Source: Candidatus Micrarchaeia archaeon
GTDB taxonomy: Archaea > Micrarchaeota > Micrarchaeia > CABMEP01
Direction of reading: 5' to 3'
Assembly: GCA_038886535.1 (NCBI GenBank)
Contig: JAVZXS010000003.1
Coordinates: 15,080-79,079, forward strand
Length of the DNA: 64,000 nt
Positions 46,528 to 56,979 of the stretch are shown in pieces (the first letter of the stretch is position 1; each line of letters starts with the position of its first letter). A program made the translations under genes and the position numbers. A model generated the notes under the pieces. It worked only from the letters and a program-made list of their open reading frames with translations, did no database searches and was not told where the DNA came from.

Positions 46528-49428
46528 TTAGCTGCATCCGCTTGTTGCGCCGCAATTAAGGCACTTGTAGCATGCACCATTTCTTACCATTATTGCCCCG
46601 CAGTAAGAGCAAGCTGGTGCATCTTCTGAGTTTTGGAATGCAACCTTACTGTTTTTCTTTTCAGTTGCAATAGCAACGGCAGGAGCCGCAACCGGTTTTG
46701 TTTCAACTAACTTCTCAGCAGCTCTTGCAGCATCGCTGCTTATTGTCTGCGTTGAATTCCCAGGTGGGGAACCTATTGCACTGTTTTCAGCAGGCACCTG
46801 ATTTACAGCTTCTACTGTTTCAGGAATCTCTTCCTCTTTCATATAGGAGGTTATAGGACCTTCGGCTTCAAGATTTAATCCAACCTCTATCTGCTCCTCC
46901 CTGCTTAGGAATTTCAAAGCCATCCATCTGAATATGTAATCCATTAATGATTTAGCAAATCTTATGTTTGGATGAGAGGTGTATCCAGATGGTTCGAATC
47001 TCATGTGGACGAATTTCTTAACCAAGGTCTTCAAAGGAACTCCATACTGGAGAGCAATTGATATGGATGTTGCAAAAGCATCCATCAATCCAGAGATGGT
47101 ACTTCCTTCCTTGGACATGGTGATGAATATCTCTCCAGGTTGCCCATTTTCATACAGTCCCACAGTTATATATCCTTCATGCCCAGATATACTGAACTTA
47201 TGGGTAATTGATCTCCTCTCGTCAGGAAGTTTTCTCCTGGTGGGTCGGTTTACCACCACTTCCTTCACAACTTCTTTTACAACCTCTTTAACTTCAACCT
47301 TGGCCGCCTCGATCTTATCTACCTCCTTCACCTCTTTGGTGAGCGTGATAGGCTGGACTCCTTTTGACCCATCTCTATATATTGCAATTGCCTTGAGTCC
47401 AAGCTCCCATGAAGTCATATATGCATTATAGATGTCTTCCACTGTTGATTCCTTAGGCATATTAACCGTTTTCGAAATAGCACCCGATATAAATGGCTGG
47501 ACAGCAGCCATCATTTTGATATGGCCAAGGTAATGAATGAATCGTTTGCCATTTGCAGGCTTGAATGCGCAATCGAATACAGGTAGATGCTCTTCCTTCA
47601 GGTGTGGTGCACCTTCTATAGTTTCTTTATCATCTATGTATTGCATTATTTCATTTATCTGTTGTTCTGTGTATCCTAATCTCTTAAGTGCGATAGGAAC
47701 CGTTGAGTTTACTATCTTCATCATTCCCCCGCCAACTAGCCATTTGTATTTAATTAATGCAATATCCGGTTCTATTCCTGTTGTATCACAATCCATCAGG
47801 AATCCTATCGTGCCTGTAGGTGCAAGGGCAGATATCTGTGCATTTCTATATCCATACATAGAACCAGATGCAAACGCATGTCTCCATGCTTCAATCGCAG
47901 CGTTCCTTAAATAGTGAGGTGCTTTATCACTTATGGATTCAGCTTGATCAAGATGCATCTTTATTACTTCTAACATTGATTCCTTGTTCATTTCGTATTT
48001 GTTGAATGACCCCATTCTCTTTGCAAGCATAGCTGATATATAATAGCCATAACCTGTCATCAACGCACTTACTGCAGCTGCATATGCTCTTCCTTCATCA
48101 CTATCATATGGAAGTCCGCATGCCATAAGCAGAGCCCCCAGATTTGCATAGCCCAAACCAAGAGGTCTAAAGTCGATAGAATTCCTTTCAATTTCAGGTG
48201 TAGGATAGGCTGCATTACCTACTATGATTTCTTGTGCAGTTATCATTATTGCAACTGTATGCTTGAATTTTTCAGTGTCAAATCTTCCGGTTTCTGGATC
48301 AAGATATTTCAGTAGATTTATTGATGCCAAGTTGCATGCAGAGTTGTCAAGAAACATATATTCGCTGCATGGATTGGATGCATTTATCCTACCGCTTGCC
48401 TTGCAGGTATGCCACTTGTTGATAGTAGTATCAAATTGTATGCCCGGATCTCCACATTCCCATGTTGCTTCTGCAATCTCTTTCATTATAGTTCGTGCAT
48501 CTAATTTTTCACATTCTTTTCCAGTTGTCACATATTTTGTTGAGTATTCTTTTCCTTCTTTTACTGCTTGCATGAATTCATCTGTTACTCGTACAGAATT
48601 ATTAGCGTTCTGGAAAAAGATATTAGAATATACTTCTCCATCAAGAGAACCATCATAACCCAACTTTATTAGATCTTTTGCCTTTCTTTCCTCCTTTGCC
48701 TTGCACCAGATAAATTCTCTTATGTCTGGATGATCTACATTTAATATAACCATCTTAGCAGCTCTTCTTGTCTTTCCTCCAGATTTTATTACTCCTGCAA
48801 ATGCATCATATCCTTTCATAAACGATACAGGGCCAGATGCCTTTCCACCACTCGACAAATGTTCTTTTGATGATCTAAGCACAGAGAGATTAACTCCAGC
48901 ACCAGATCCATACTTAAACAACATTCCTTCAGTTACTGCGAGCTGGAGGATAGATCTCATGTCGTCCTCTACAGAATTGATAAAACACGCCGACCCCTGA
49001 GGTCTCTTCTCAACCCCGAAATTAAACCACACAGGACTGTTAAATGCTGCGTATTGATTTACAAGTATGTATGTTAATTCATCACTAAATATTTTTGCCT
49101 CATCAGCAGAAGCAAAATATCCATCCTTCTTTCCCCATTCTGTTATTGTTCTTACCACTCTGTCTACCATCTGTTTAACGCTTGTCTCTCTTTCAGGAGT
49201 GCCCAATTTTCCTCTAAAGTATTTAGAAGCAGCGATATTGGTTGCAGATTGAGACCACGTAGCTGGAACCTCTACATCTTTTTGTTCGAATATTTTCTTT
49301 CCATTCGCATCCATGATTACTGAATCTCTTTTCTCCCACATTATCATGTCATATGGATGTACTCCTTCTTTAGTGAAAACCCTTTGTATCTTATATTCTG
49401 GAAGCTCTATATCTTTCTTTGCCATCAT
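46528..49428 (-). CDS. nrdJ: class II (adenosylcobalamin-dependent) ribonucleotide reductase NrdJ
   Basis: TNIAASKYFRG, NPCSEYMFLDNSACNLASINL and a C-terminal Cys-rich tail CSYCG...CYKCLNCG. ATG at 49428/49425 follows GGGGTG; the longer ORF start at 49473 is less likely. Confidence 0.9.
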   Translation of the reverse strand: MMAKKDIELPEYKIQRVFTKEGVHPYDMIMWEKRDSVIMDANGKKIFEQKDVEVPATWSQSATNIAASKYFRGKLGTPERETSVKQMVDRVVRTITEWGKKDGYFASADEAKIFSDELTYILVNQYAAFNSPVWFNFGVEKRPQGSACFINSVEDDMRSILQLAVTEGMLFKYGSGAGVNLSVLRSSKEHLSSGGKASGPVSFMKGYDAFAGVIKSGGKTRRAAKMVILNVDHPDIREFIWCKAKEERKAKDLIKLGYDGSLDGEVYSNIFFQNANNSVRVTDEFMQAVKEGKEYSTKYVTTGKECEKLDARTIMKEIAEATWECGDPGIQFDTTINKWHTCKASGRINASNPCSEYMFLDNSACNLASINLLKYLDPETGRFDTEKFKHTVAIMITAQEIIVGNAAYPTPEIERNSIDFRPLGLGYANLGALLMACGLPYDSDEGRAYAAAVSALMTGYGYYISAMLAKRMGSFNKYEMNKESMLEVIKMHLDQAESISDKAPHYLRNAAIEAWRHAFASGSMYGYRNAQISALAPTGTIGFLMDCDTTGIEPDIALIKYKWLVGGGMMKIVNSTVPIALKRLGYTEQQINEIMQYIDDKETIEGAPHLKEEHLPVFDCAFKPANGKRFIHYLGHIKMMAAVQPFISGAISKTVNMPKESTVEDIYNAYMTSWELGLKAIAIYRDGSKGVQPITLTKEVKEVDKIEAAKVEVKEVVKEVVKEVVVNRPTRRKLPDERRSITHKFSISGHEGYITVGLYENGQPGEIFITMSKEGSTISGLMDAFATSISIALQYGVPLKTLVKKFVHMRFEPSGYTSHPNIRFAKSLMDYIFRWMALKFLSREEQIEVGLNLEAEGPITSYMKEEEIPETVEAVNQVPAENSAIGSPPGNSTQTISSDAARAAEKLVETKPVAAPAVAIATEKKNSKVAFQNSEDAPACSYCGAIMVRNGACYKCLNCGATSGCS

Positions 49429-49539
49429 TACACCCCATCTTTTCATTTTTAGTGATTTATACCATCTGCCCAACTATATTTCTTATAATTTAAATGTTGA
49501 TTACTAGAATACCACCTTATTCAACTTTTAATTTTTTGA

Positions 49540-49555
49540 ACACATTATATAGTGG
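49540..49555. promoter_or_regulatory. NrdR-box-like palindrome upstream of nrdJ
   Basis: ACACATTATATAGTGG matches the published consensus acaCwAtATaTwGtgt at 14/16 positions by hand, about 110 nt upstream of the nrdJ start. Confidence 0.4.
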
Positions 49556-49867
49556 TATTTTACTTTTTAATAATCAACATTTAGTGATTGAAATTTCTTA
49601 CTTTTGTTTATTTATAAATCTTTGCTTTCACGTCGAAATTTACGCAATGTATCTTTTAAAAATTCTGCATTTTTTGTCCATTTATTTGTTTAAATGATAA
49701 AATAAGCAATTTAAACAAAAAAATAAGTTCATTTATATATTATAAAATTTTTTTAAACTAAGATATTTAATTATTTTATTTTGTTGCACTATTAATTCTA
49801 TTTTTTAAGACGAAGTGTAATTCTTAATGAATCCAGATCTTTAATATTCATATCTATAAATAGTAGA

Positions 49868-50326
49868 TTATTTACTTTTTCCTTTTAGAATTTTTATTTC
49901 ATTAAGGACATCATCGATTGTCTTAAATTCTTTATATACCGCTGCAAATCTAATGTATGCAATGTCGTCGAGCTTTCTAAGTCTTTTTAGGACCATTTCA
50001 CCGATGTGTTTACTTTCAACCTCTTCAGATTGCTTTGTTCTAAGTTCTCTTTCAATATCCTCTACAAGTTCTACGATCTTATTATAGCTTACAGGCCTTT
50101 TGCCTACGGATTTTATTATACTATTTATTAGTTTTTGTTTATCAAATTTTTCTCTTTTTCCGTCTCTTTTTATTACAACTATTATGCTCTCTTCAGGTCT
50201 TTCATACGTTGTGAATCTTTTTTTGCATGAAGGACATTCTCTTCTTCTTCGTATCACAGTACCTTCATCCGTATCTCTAGAATCTACTACATCAGTATCT
50301 TTATATCCACAAAATGGACATTTCAT
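49868..50326 (-). CDS. nrdR: transcriptional repressor NrdR (zinc ribbon + ATP-cone)
   Basis: MKCPFCGYKDTDVVDSRDTDEGTVIRRRRECPSCKKRFTTYE, then an ATP-cone (VIKRDGKREKFDKQKL...). Confidence 0.9.
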   Translation of the reverse strand: MKCPFCGYKDTDVVDSRDTDEGTVIRRRRECPSCKKRFTTYERPEESIIVVIKRDGKREKFDKQKLINSIIKSVGKRPVSYNKIVELVEDIERELRTKQSEEVESKHIGEMVLKRLRKLDDIAYIRFAAVYKEFKTIDDVLNEIKILKGKSK

Positions 50327-50417
50327 GTGCTTCTTTCTCATGCTAATTTTAAAAAACTTCTGAATTGCAAATTTTTACTTCTTTAAAATATGTACTTCTA
50401 ACAAAAATAGATAAAAA

Positions 50418-50433
50418 GGAAACATTTATATAT
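50418..50433 (+). promoter_or_regulatory. BRE/TATA-type promoter for a leaderless transcript
   Basis: GGAAACATTTATATAT; the TATA element ends 22 nt before the ATG at 50454, and there is no SD. Confidence 0.5.
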
Positions 50434-50453
50434 GGGTTTAATGTCTAATAATT

Positions 50454-51509
50454 ATGACAAATTATAAACTTCCAAACAATAGAATAAAAATTATAGACCC
50501 AGACAAGACAGAACATCACCTAAATTTAAAACGTATACTTTCCGATGAGAATTATAAAACCGATAAAATCAAAAGAATACTGAAAAGAGCAGCGGTTGCT
50601 ACTGCAATAGGGATGTCTCTTCTTTTAGTTTCCAAATCTTTAAAAGCTGAAGAAGTTTCAACTAATTTAGTTTCTGTCGACCAAGTATCTGTCTCCTCAG
50701 AATCTACCAGTAACTTTGATAGGAATTCAAGCAATCCATTAAACTCTACAGTAAATAAAATAGTGGATAAAAGCAAAGAGATTATGAATAACGCAATGAA
50801 TGTCCTATCTAAAAAAGAAACAACCACCCAAATACAGAAAGATGCACTGGATTGTAAATTAGGCGATAATTCAAAGAAATATGCTATGAATGAAATTTCC
50901 AAGTGTCTTTCATCAGAAAAAAAAGACGATGTAACTAATGCGATTACGGAATTGTTAAACAAAGACATTGTTCTTAGCAAAGAAGTAAGAAACAAGATTA
51001 CTAACTTGGTTTTACATGCAGACGAATTCGATTACAGTAGGATTATGGAAGTTATAAAGATGCATAAGATAGTCGAAGCAGTTCCATCTATAATAAAAAG
51101 ATTGGAATCTGTTTCAAACGGCTCCGATCCAATGTTTAATGATTCAATTCCCGCACTTGGAGTATTCGCAGTTAAGGGGGATTGGAATGCGATTAATACT
51201 CTCATGTCAATTCTCAAGAATAATCCAGACGAAGATGTTAAGTCTTTGGCCGCAGCTTGTTTAATACATGTAGACAAGAATGTAATGCCAGAAATTATTC
51301 AGTTTTACAATTCCATAAGCGAAGAAAAAAGAATTGATCTTATAAGAGAAATGCAGATATTTCGTGCATTTGACATCGAAATGAATGGCATTATTTATAA
51401 CAAAAATGCCGTATTTTCTAGAATAGAACAACTTTTAAAATTCGAAGAAAGCAGAATTGTGGGCGAAGAGTTAAAAACTGCAAAACCTTTAATCTTTGAA
51501 AATTTCTGA
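50454..51509 (+). CDS. membrane-anchored protein with a HEAT/PBS-lyase-like repeat region
   Basis: TM AAVATAIGMSLLLV and C-terminal repeats (VPSIIKRLE..., NTLMSILKNNPDEDVKSLAAACL). Confidence 0.5.
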   Translation: MTNYKLPNNRIKIIDPDKTEHHLNLKRILSDENYKTDKIKRILKRAAVATAIGMSLLLVSKSLKAEEVSTNLVSVDQVSVSSESTSNFDRNSSNPLNSTVNKIVDKSKEIMNNAMNVLSKKETTTQIQKDALDCKLGDNSKKYAMNEISKCLSSEKKDDVTNAITELLNKDIVLSKEVRNKITNLVLHADEFDYSRIMEVIKMHKIVEAVPSIIKRLESVSNGSDPMFNDSIPALGVFAVKGDWNAINTLMSILKNNPDEDVKSLAAACLIHVDKNVMPEIIQFYNSISEEKRIDLIREMQIFRAFDIEMNGIIYNKNAVFSRIEQLLKFEESRIVGEELKTAKPLIFENF

Positions 51510-51557
51510 AGTAAAAATAAGAAATTAAAAAAGATTTAAAGAATTAAAACTTAAAAA

Positions 51558-52574
51558 TTAGTACCAAAGATCGCCGTATCTTTTCTCTTCTTTCTTTTTA
51601 GTCTCCGCAGTTATAGCTCTTAACGCCTCTCCTTCCTTAAGGCCGGTAAAAATCGCGATTACCTCTATTCTTCCAAGATATGATTGGTCCATTCTTGCTC
51701 CATATATGACATTAGCATATGGGTCAACTTCAGATGTTATCATTTCTCCTACTGTATTTGCGTCACCCAATGTCATATCTGGTCCACCAGTTATATGGAG
51801 AAGAACTCCCTTTGCTCCTTTAGGATCCACATCTAATAATCTGTGATCAAGGGTGTTCTTTACTACCTCTTCAACCTTGCTGATTCCCTTTCCTTCTCCT
51901 ACTGCAATCATAGATATTCCACCACCAGTCATTATGGTAGTTAGATCAGCAAAGTCAAGATTAATAAGAGAAGGATTAAGAAGTGTTTCGCTTATTCCTC
52001 TTACTGCTCTTGCAGTTATTTCATCTGCAATCATAAACGTTTGCTCAATCGGTAAATTTGGAACATAATCAAGTAACTTTTGATTGTCTATTATAACAAG
52101 CGTATCACTTACTTTCTTTAGATTTTCAATTCCTTCCTTTGCTTTTTGCAATCTTGCTCTTTCAATTCTGAAAGGATAAGTTACAATAGAAACAACTAAT
52201 GCACCATTTTTCTTTGCAATATCTGCAACTACTGGTGCAGCACCTGTACCTGTACCTCCTCCCATACCTGCTACCAGGAAAACAAGATCAAAATCAGATA
52301 ATGCAGCCTCTATATCTGGTTTGCTTGCCTCTGCAGCTTTTTGTGCTATTTCTGGATATCCTCCAGCACCAAGACCTCTTGTTATAGATTGACCGATTAA
52401 TATCTTCTTTGCCGGTGGTTTTATTGTATCAAGGTGTATTCTATCAGTATTTATTGCTATAAGTTCAGGTCCTTTCAATCCATAATCAATCAGCCTTTTT
52501 ATGGTGTTGCAACCCCCACCACCAACTCCAACTATTGCAATTTTCACTCCGGATGTAGAATACTCTTTTACCAT
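51558..52574 (-). CDS. ftsZ: cell division GTPase FtsZ
   Basis: [25 protein letters not shown] and NLDFADL. Confidence 0.9.
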   Translation of the reverse strand: MVKEYSTSGVKIAIVGVGGGGCNTIKRLIDYGLKGPELIAINTDRIHLDTIKPPAKKILIGQSITRGLGAGGYPEIAQKAAEASKPDIEAALSDFDLVFLVAGMGGGTGTGAAPVVADIAKKNGALVVSIVTYPFRIERARLQKAKEGIENLKKVSDTLVIIDNQKLLDYVPNLPIEQTFMIADEITARAVRGISETLLNPSLINLDFADLTTIMTGGGISMIAVGEGKGISKVEEVVKNTLDHRLLDVDPKGAKGVLLHITGGPDMTLGDANTVGEMITSEVDPYANVIYGARMDQSYLGRIEVIAIFTGLKEGEALRAITAETKKKEEKRYGDLWY

Positions 52575-52742
52575 TTGATCACGCTCACACTATATTTCTG
52601 CCTCTTAGAAATATACATTTTTGAAATATATATTTTAAAATTAAAATGTATTATGTGTTATTGATTTGTTAATTTTATAAATATTCTTTTTCTTTTGTTT
52701 TACTGAATTTAATAATGTTTAAAATGATCATTATTAATTTAC

Positions 52743-53714
52743 TTATAATTTTAGTTGGTTAATTGATTCTCTTATTTCGTTTATTGGATTTAATTTATCC
52801 TTCATTTTCTTATAAATTGTCAGTTTTCTTTTATCAAACGAATTCATTATCTCAGGTAGGAATCTAAGGTATTCAGCTTCAAAAATTTTTTCTTCTATTC
52901 CATATCCGATTCCCATTTCTTCTATGAATCTGACATGGTTGCTTCTTTCTGAATAACTTTTATCATAGATTGCAATCACCGGTTTTCCATAGCTTAATGC
53001 CTCTGTAATTGTAGTATGGCCACCATGGCATATTACTATTTTGCATGATTCATAATATGGCTTAACATTTCCAACTTCAGAGCTGTAAATTGCATTATTT
53101 CCTAAGTATTTTTTTAGCTTCTTATCTATCATCTCATTTGTAGTTATTACAAGGCAATCATTGTTGTGTTTGATTTGCTTTACATTTTCTAAAAGAGGTC
53201 CTATTATTTTGATGTTTTCATTTTCCATTAGATTATATTTTGCAACAGTAAATGGAGGAGGAAAATCCGGAATAAGTATCTTTTCTGGATAGGATAGAAT
53301 TAATTGATTTAGCTCATTTGCTATCGGTCGTTGTATTCCGTTAACACCAACAAGAGAAGAAGTATCATTTGTAATCATTATCGTTTTCTTCCCTGCAATC
53401 TTGGCAAGTATTAAACCTATCGGAGATCCGTCAACTATTACGAAATCTACCTCTTGAAATCTTTTTATTATATCTGAAGTAATGGATGGATTGAAAAATC
53501 GCATTATCTGTCGCAGGTTTGCAACTATTTTTGTCTTTCCTTTTGTTTCTATTTTGTAAGGGGAAGGAATTTCAATAAACTCTTTTTTTCTCATCTTGAG
53601 GTATTCGGCCCCCATTCCGAATGTCATTATAGGTATGTCTAGAGATTCGGATATTATAAAATCTCTTGCAACATGTCCATATCCATTTCCTTCGCTGAAA
53701 ATCATCCCTTTCAT
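52743..53714 (-). CDS. glycosyltransferase (GT-B, GT1/GT28 MurG-like C-terminal domain)
   Basis: CHGGHTTITEALSYGKPVIAI donor-binding motif and N-terminal GNGYGHVAR. Confidence 0.65.
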   Translation of the reverse strand: MKGMIFSEGNGYGHVARDFIISESLDIPIMTFGMGAEYLKMRKKEFIEIPSPYKIETKGKTKIVANLRQIMRFFNPSITSDIIKRFQEVDFVIVDGSPIGLILAKIAGKKTIMITNDTSSLVGVNGIQRPIANELNQLILSYPEKILIPDFPPPFTVAKYNLMENENIKIIGPLLENVKQIKHNNDCLVITTNEMIDKKLKKYLGNNAIYSSEVGNVKPYYESCKIVICHGGHTTITEALSYGKPVIAIYDKSYSERSNHVRFIEEMGIGYGIEEKIFEAEYLRFLPEIMNSFDKRKLTIYKKMKDKLNPINEIRESINQLKL

Positions 53715-53785
53715 AATTTAGATATTAAGGGAAACTTTTTATTTATTCACAATAATCATTTATCAAAAATTATTTTCGTGATTTT

Positions 53786-54319
53786 GTGAGAGCATTTATT
53801 GCAGTTGAAATTCCAAACGAAATTAAAGAGAGGCTAATTCAACTTCAGGAAGAGATTAGGAGTAGATTTAAGAAAGAGGTAAAGATGGTTGAACCCGAGA
53901 ATCTCCATTTTACACTTAGGTTTTTCCCTGAGATAGATGAAAATGCAGCTGAAAAGATAAAAGGCATAATTAAAAATATAGAATTCGATGCTTTTGAAAT
54001 TAAATGCAGAGGCTTAGGGGTTTTTCCAAATGAAAACTACATAAGGGTGGTTTGGGTAGGTGGGGATAGCAATGGAAAGTTAGAGGAGATAGAAAAAATG
54101 CTATCAGAAAGATTGGCAGCAATCGGATTCAAAAAAGAAAAAGATGAAAAATTTGTAGCTCACTTAACTTTAGCGAGGGTAAAACAGAAGATAAAATTTA
54201 AAGAATTTCTTGAAAAATACAAAGAACAGGATTTTGGAAGCTTTACAATCAATAAAGATATGATAAAGTTAAAGAAAAGCCAGCTTACTCCAAAAGGACC
54301 TATTTATAGCGATCTGTAA
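53786..54319 (+). CDS. thpR: RNA 2',3'-cyclic phosphodiesterase / 2'-5' RNA ligase family (ThpR/LigT)
   Basis: Two HxT motifs, HFTLRF and HLTLAR; GTG start. Confidence 0.8.
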   Translation: MRAFIAVEIPNEIKERLIQLQEEIRSRFKKEVKMVEPENLHFTLRFFPEIDENAAEKIKGIIKNIEFDAFEIKCRGLGVFPNENYIRVVWVGGDSNGKLEEIEKMLSERLAAIGFKKEKDEKFVAHLTLARVKQKIKFKEFLEKYKEQDFGSFTINKDMIKLKKSQLTPKGPIYSDL

Positions 54320-54425
54320 TTTTAATTTATATTTAATCCAGTACTCCCGCTATTTAATCATATTTTATAAATTTAATTAACAAATCTATCATACTTTATC
54401 TTATATTACTCCTAAAGGTGAGTGC

Positions 54426-55154
54426 ATGCCAATACAAATAGCAAAATTCATAGTGAAAGAGAAATTTAATCAGACTTCAGATGTAGTTACATTGAGATTA
54501 AGTCCTATTGAACCATTTAATATGGATTTCAAACCAGGTCAATTTGTAAATCTATACATACAAAGAGAAAATGAACCATTGCTTGCAAGGCCTTACTCCA
54601 TAGCATCTTCTCCAACTAATAAAGAATATCTTGAGCTTACAATAAAGATAGTAGAAGGAGGGAGATTTACTCCAAGGGTGGCTTCTCTAAAGGTGGGGGA
54701 TGTTGTAAAAATAGGAGGACCATTTGGAAAATTCTTTTTCTTGGATGAGGAAAAAATGAAGGACGTTGTTTTAATTGGAGGTGGGTGTGGTATAACCCCT
54801 TTCATATCTATGATAAGATATGTAGCAGAAAAGAATCTTCCTATAAATATAACATATTTTTATTCTGCAAGAACTATGGATTCTATATTATATAAAGATG
54901 AATTAGAGTCGATATCAAAGCTACATAAAAACATACGGGTTGTATTTACTTGCACAAGAGAACAGTCAGACAAATGGAAAGGTGAAAAAGGAAGAATTAG
55001 CTTGGAAATGATAAAGAAATATGTAGACATAGCCGATAAAGACAAATATTTTATGCTGTGCGGCCCACCTGAAATGATCCGTTCTCTAGTGGAACAATTA
55101 AGATCAGCAGGAATAGAAGAAGAAAGAATCATCCACGAAAGCTGGAGTGCATGA
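54426..55154 (+). CDS. FAD/NAD(P)-binding oxidoreductase (ferredoxin-NADP reductase fold, no Fe-S tail)
   Basis: RPYSIAS (RxYS FAD motif), GGGCGITPF (NAD(P) motif) and CGPPEM. Confidence 0.7.
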   Translation: MPIQIAKFIVKEKFNQTSDVVTLRLSPIEPFNMDFKPGQFVNLYIQRENEPLLARPYSIASSPTNKEYLELTIKIVEGGRFTPRVASLKVGDVVKIGGPFGKFFFLDEEKMKDVVLIGGGCGITPFISMIRYVAEKNLPINITYFYSARTMDSILYKDELESISKLHKNIRVVFTCTREQSDKWKGEKGRISLEMIKKYVDIADKDKYFMLCGPPEMIRSLVEQLRSAGIEEERIIHESWSA

Positions 55155-55173
55155 GAGAATCATAAAAGATAAA

Positions 55174-56157
55174 TTAAGTTAAAGCAGTAGTGGTTATTTC
55201 AAATCTTACTGTTTTTTCCTTATTTTCTTCCTTTAAATCTTCTAAAAGAGAAGAGAATCCTTCAAGCGAAACATACTTTTTATCTCCTTTTTTGACAATT
55301 ATCCCTTCAACTTTTGGATCTATTACATCGCTTTTAGCTTTTATAAGCAAACCTGTTTTTTCTGTAATCTTTCCAGTCGGAGTCTCATGTATCAAGCTTC
55401 CCATAATTTTTGCAAAGCTTATGTTCATAGTAGGTATAACTTTCACAAGTATGGCATATCCAGGCACATCTGTAATTATAACATCAGTTCTTTCATCTGG
55501 TATGTTATTCTTTGTAAACCCTGTCCTGTCCTTGACCATTGATTCAAATTTTGTTTTGATTTCTTCATAATCTTGTTTAATAGATTTTGCCATTAAGTAT
55601 ATTCTTGCACTTCCGCTTATACTTGGATCGTTAGTCCTGCTGATATCCAACGCAAAGCTTGGTGTCTTTAAAACTTCTTCAGCAAAATCATTTTCGTCAT
55701 ATTCTATTTTCTGCGTCACTCCTTCCTTTCCTATCTTTACAGATTCAATAGTTGATTTTATCTTTTCTATCATCAAATCAAGAGATACAAAAGGAATCCC
55801 ATCTATGAGGGTAAGATCCTTTATTCTTCCTATTCTTTTGTGTTCATTAATAAGATGTTTTGTATATTCAACAATGTGCTCATATGCTAGTGCATACTGA
55901 GGCCTTTTTGTAGTTGGAGCAGACAAAACATTGAATTTTATTCCATCTATCTTTATTGTTTTCTTCGTTTCCTTTTCTGGCGGATTCGTGTCGCTATATC
56001 CGCTCATTCGTTTTAAAGCTGATTCAAATGGCTCGATTGCAAATTCTTCAAGAAGTGGAATTATTGAATGGATAGCTCTTTGATATATGCGTATGCTTTC
56101 AGAATTAATATCAACTATTGGCTTAGGCCTGTCAATAGAAATAATTAGGTTTCCCAT
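55174..56157 (-). CDS. hypothetical protein, divergent from the serine recombinase
   Basis: 327-aa ORF with no recognised motif. Confidence 0.5.
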   Translation of the reverse strand: MGNLIISIDRPKPIVDINSESIRIYQRAIHSIIPLLEEFAIEPFESALKRMSGYSDTNPPEKETKKTIKIDGIKFNVLSAPTTKRPQYALAYEHIVEYTKHLINEHKRIGRIKDLTLIDGIPFVSLDLMIEKIKSTIESVKIGKEGVTQKIEYDENDFAEEVLKTPSFALDISRTNDPSISGSARIYLMAKSIKQDYEEIKTKFESMVKDRTGFTKNNIPDERTDVIITDVPGYAILVKVIPTMNISFAKIMGSLIHETPTGKITEKTGLLIKAKSDVIDPKVEGIIVKKGDKKYVSLEGFSSLLEDLKEENKEKTVRFEITTTALT

Positions 56158-56243
56158 ATAAATAGTGAAACATTTCTTATTTATATTCTTTTCTATTTCC
56201 TTTATTCAATAGCTTTTAATTTCTTTTTATTTAATGTTTATTT

Positions 56244-56972
56244 ATGAGAGCGGCCATATATGCAAGAGTTTCTACTGATGACAAGGGGCAGGACGTGGAG
56301 AACCAGCTTATCCAGCTTAGAGACTACTGCAAAGCTAAGGGATATCAGATTTATAAGGAATACACGGAGTACATTACAGGAACTGGAAAGAAAAGAAGGC
56401 CTGTATTCGAAGAGATGATGGAAGATGCAAGAAAGAGAAGGTTTGATGTCTTGTTGGTATGGTCTTATGACAGATTCAGTAGAGCAGGCCTAAAAGACAT
56501 TCATTACATCAATGACCTTAATGAGTGGGGAGTGAAATTCGTTTCATATCAGGAAAGCTTTCTTGACACCACCACAGAAATGGGAGAGCTTCTTCTTCCA
56601 ATTTTCGCTTGGATAGCAAAACAGGAAGCCAAAAAGATAAGTGAAAGAACAAAGGCAGGATTGCAAAGAGCGAAAAATGAAGGCAAAAATCTAGGTAGAC
56701 CTAAAGTTCAGATAAATTATGACATAATTATGAAGTTAAGAAACGAAGGAAAGTCTCTTTCTGAGATAGCAGAGCAGCTTCAATGTTCAAAAGAGACCGT
56801 TAGAAGAAGGCTGATGGAGCTTTCAAAATTAGATAACTCTATTTCTAGTACTCAATCTTTCGAAAAAGAGAATTCAGCTTCATCAAGTGAAACTAGCAGA
56901 ATAGATACAAATATTACAATGGGTTCTATCCAAGAAAATGAGATTCAGATGAAAGAAAACCAAAATTCATAA
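56244..56972 (+). CDS. serine recombinase (resolvase/invertase family) with C-terminal HTH
   Basis: AAIYARVSTDDKGQ (catalytic Ser), LLVWSYDRFSR, GRPK and HTH LSEIAEQLQCSKETVRRRL. Confidence 0.85.
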   Translation: MRAAIYARVSTDDKGQDVENQLIQLRDYCKAKGYQIYKEYTEYITGTGKKRRPVFEEMMEDARKRRFDVLLVWSYDRFSRAGLKDIHYINDLNEWGVKFVSYQESFLDTTTEMGELLLPIFAWIAKQEAKKISERTKAGLQRAKNEGKNLGRPKVQINYDIIMKLRNEGKSLSEIAEQLQCSKETVRRRLMELSKLDNSISSTQSFEKENSASSSETSRIDTNITMGSIQENEIQMKENQNS

Positions 56973-56979
56973 CAGTAAG

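Noticed and set aside
47256-47292. Three imperfect 12-nt tandem repeats encoding VKEV-VKEV-VKEVV in nrdJ
   Set aside because: This is a short low-complexity linker between the catalytic core and the C-terminal tail. It is probably a slippage product with no evident separate function.
46979-49252. Several 60-150-aa plus-strand ORFs inside nrdJ
   Set aside because: They are antisense to the RNR gene, and no motifs were found. The same reasoning applies to antisense ORFs inside aRF1, serS, valS, secF, the P-type ATPase and the coiled-coil genes.
49573-49588. Second NrdR box (ATCAACATTTAGTGAT) 33 bp from the first
   Set aside because: The spacing between the ACA and GTG arms is too short (5 nt instead of 8). 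Hand alignment to the consensus gives at best about 9/16 matches. It is kept only as part of an inverted 11-mer pair.
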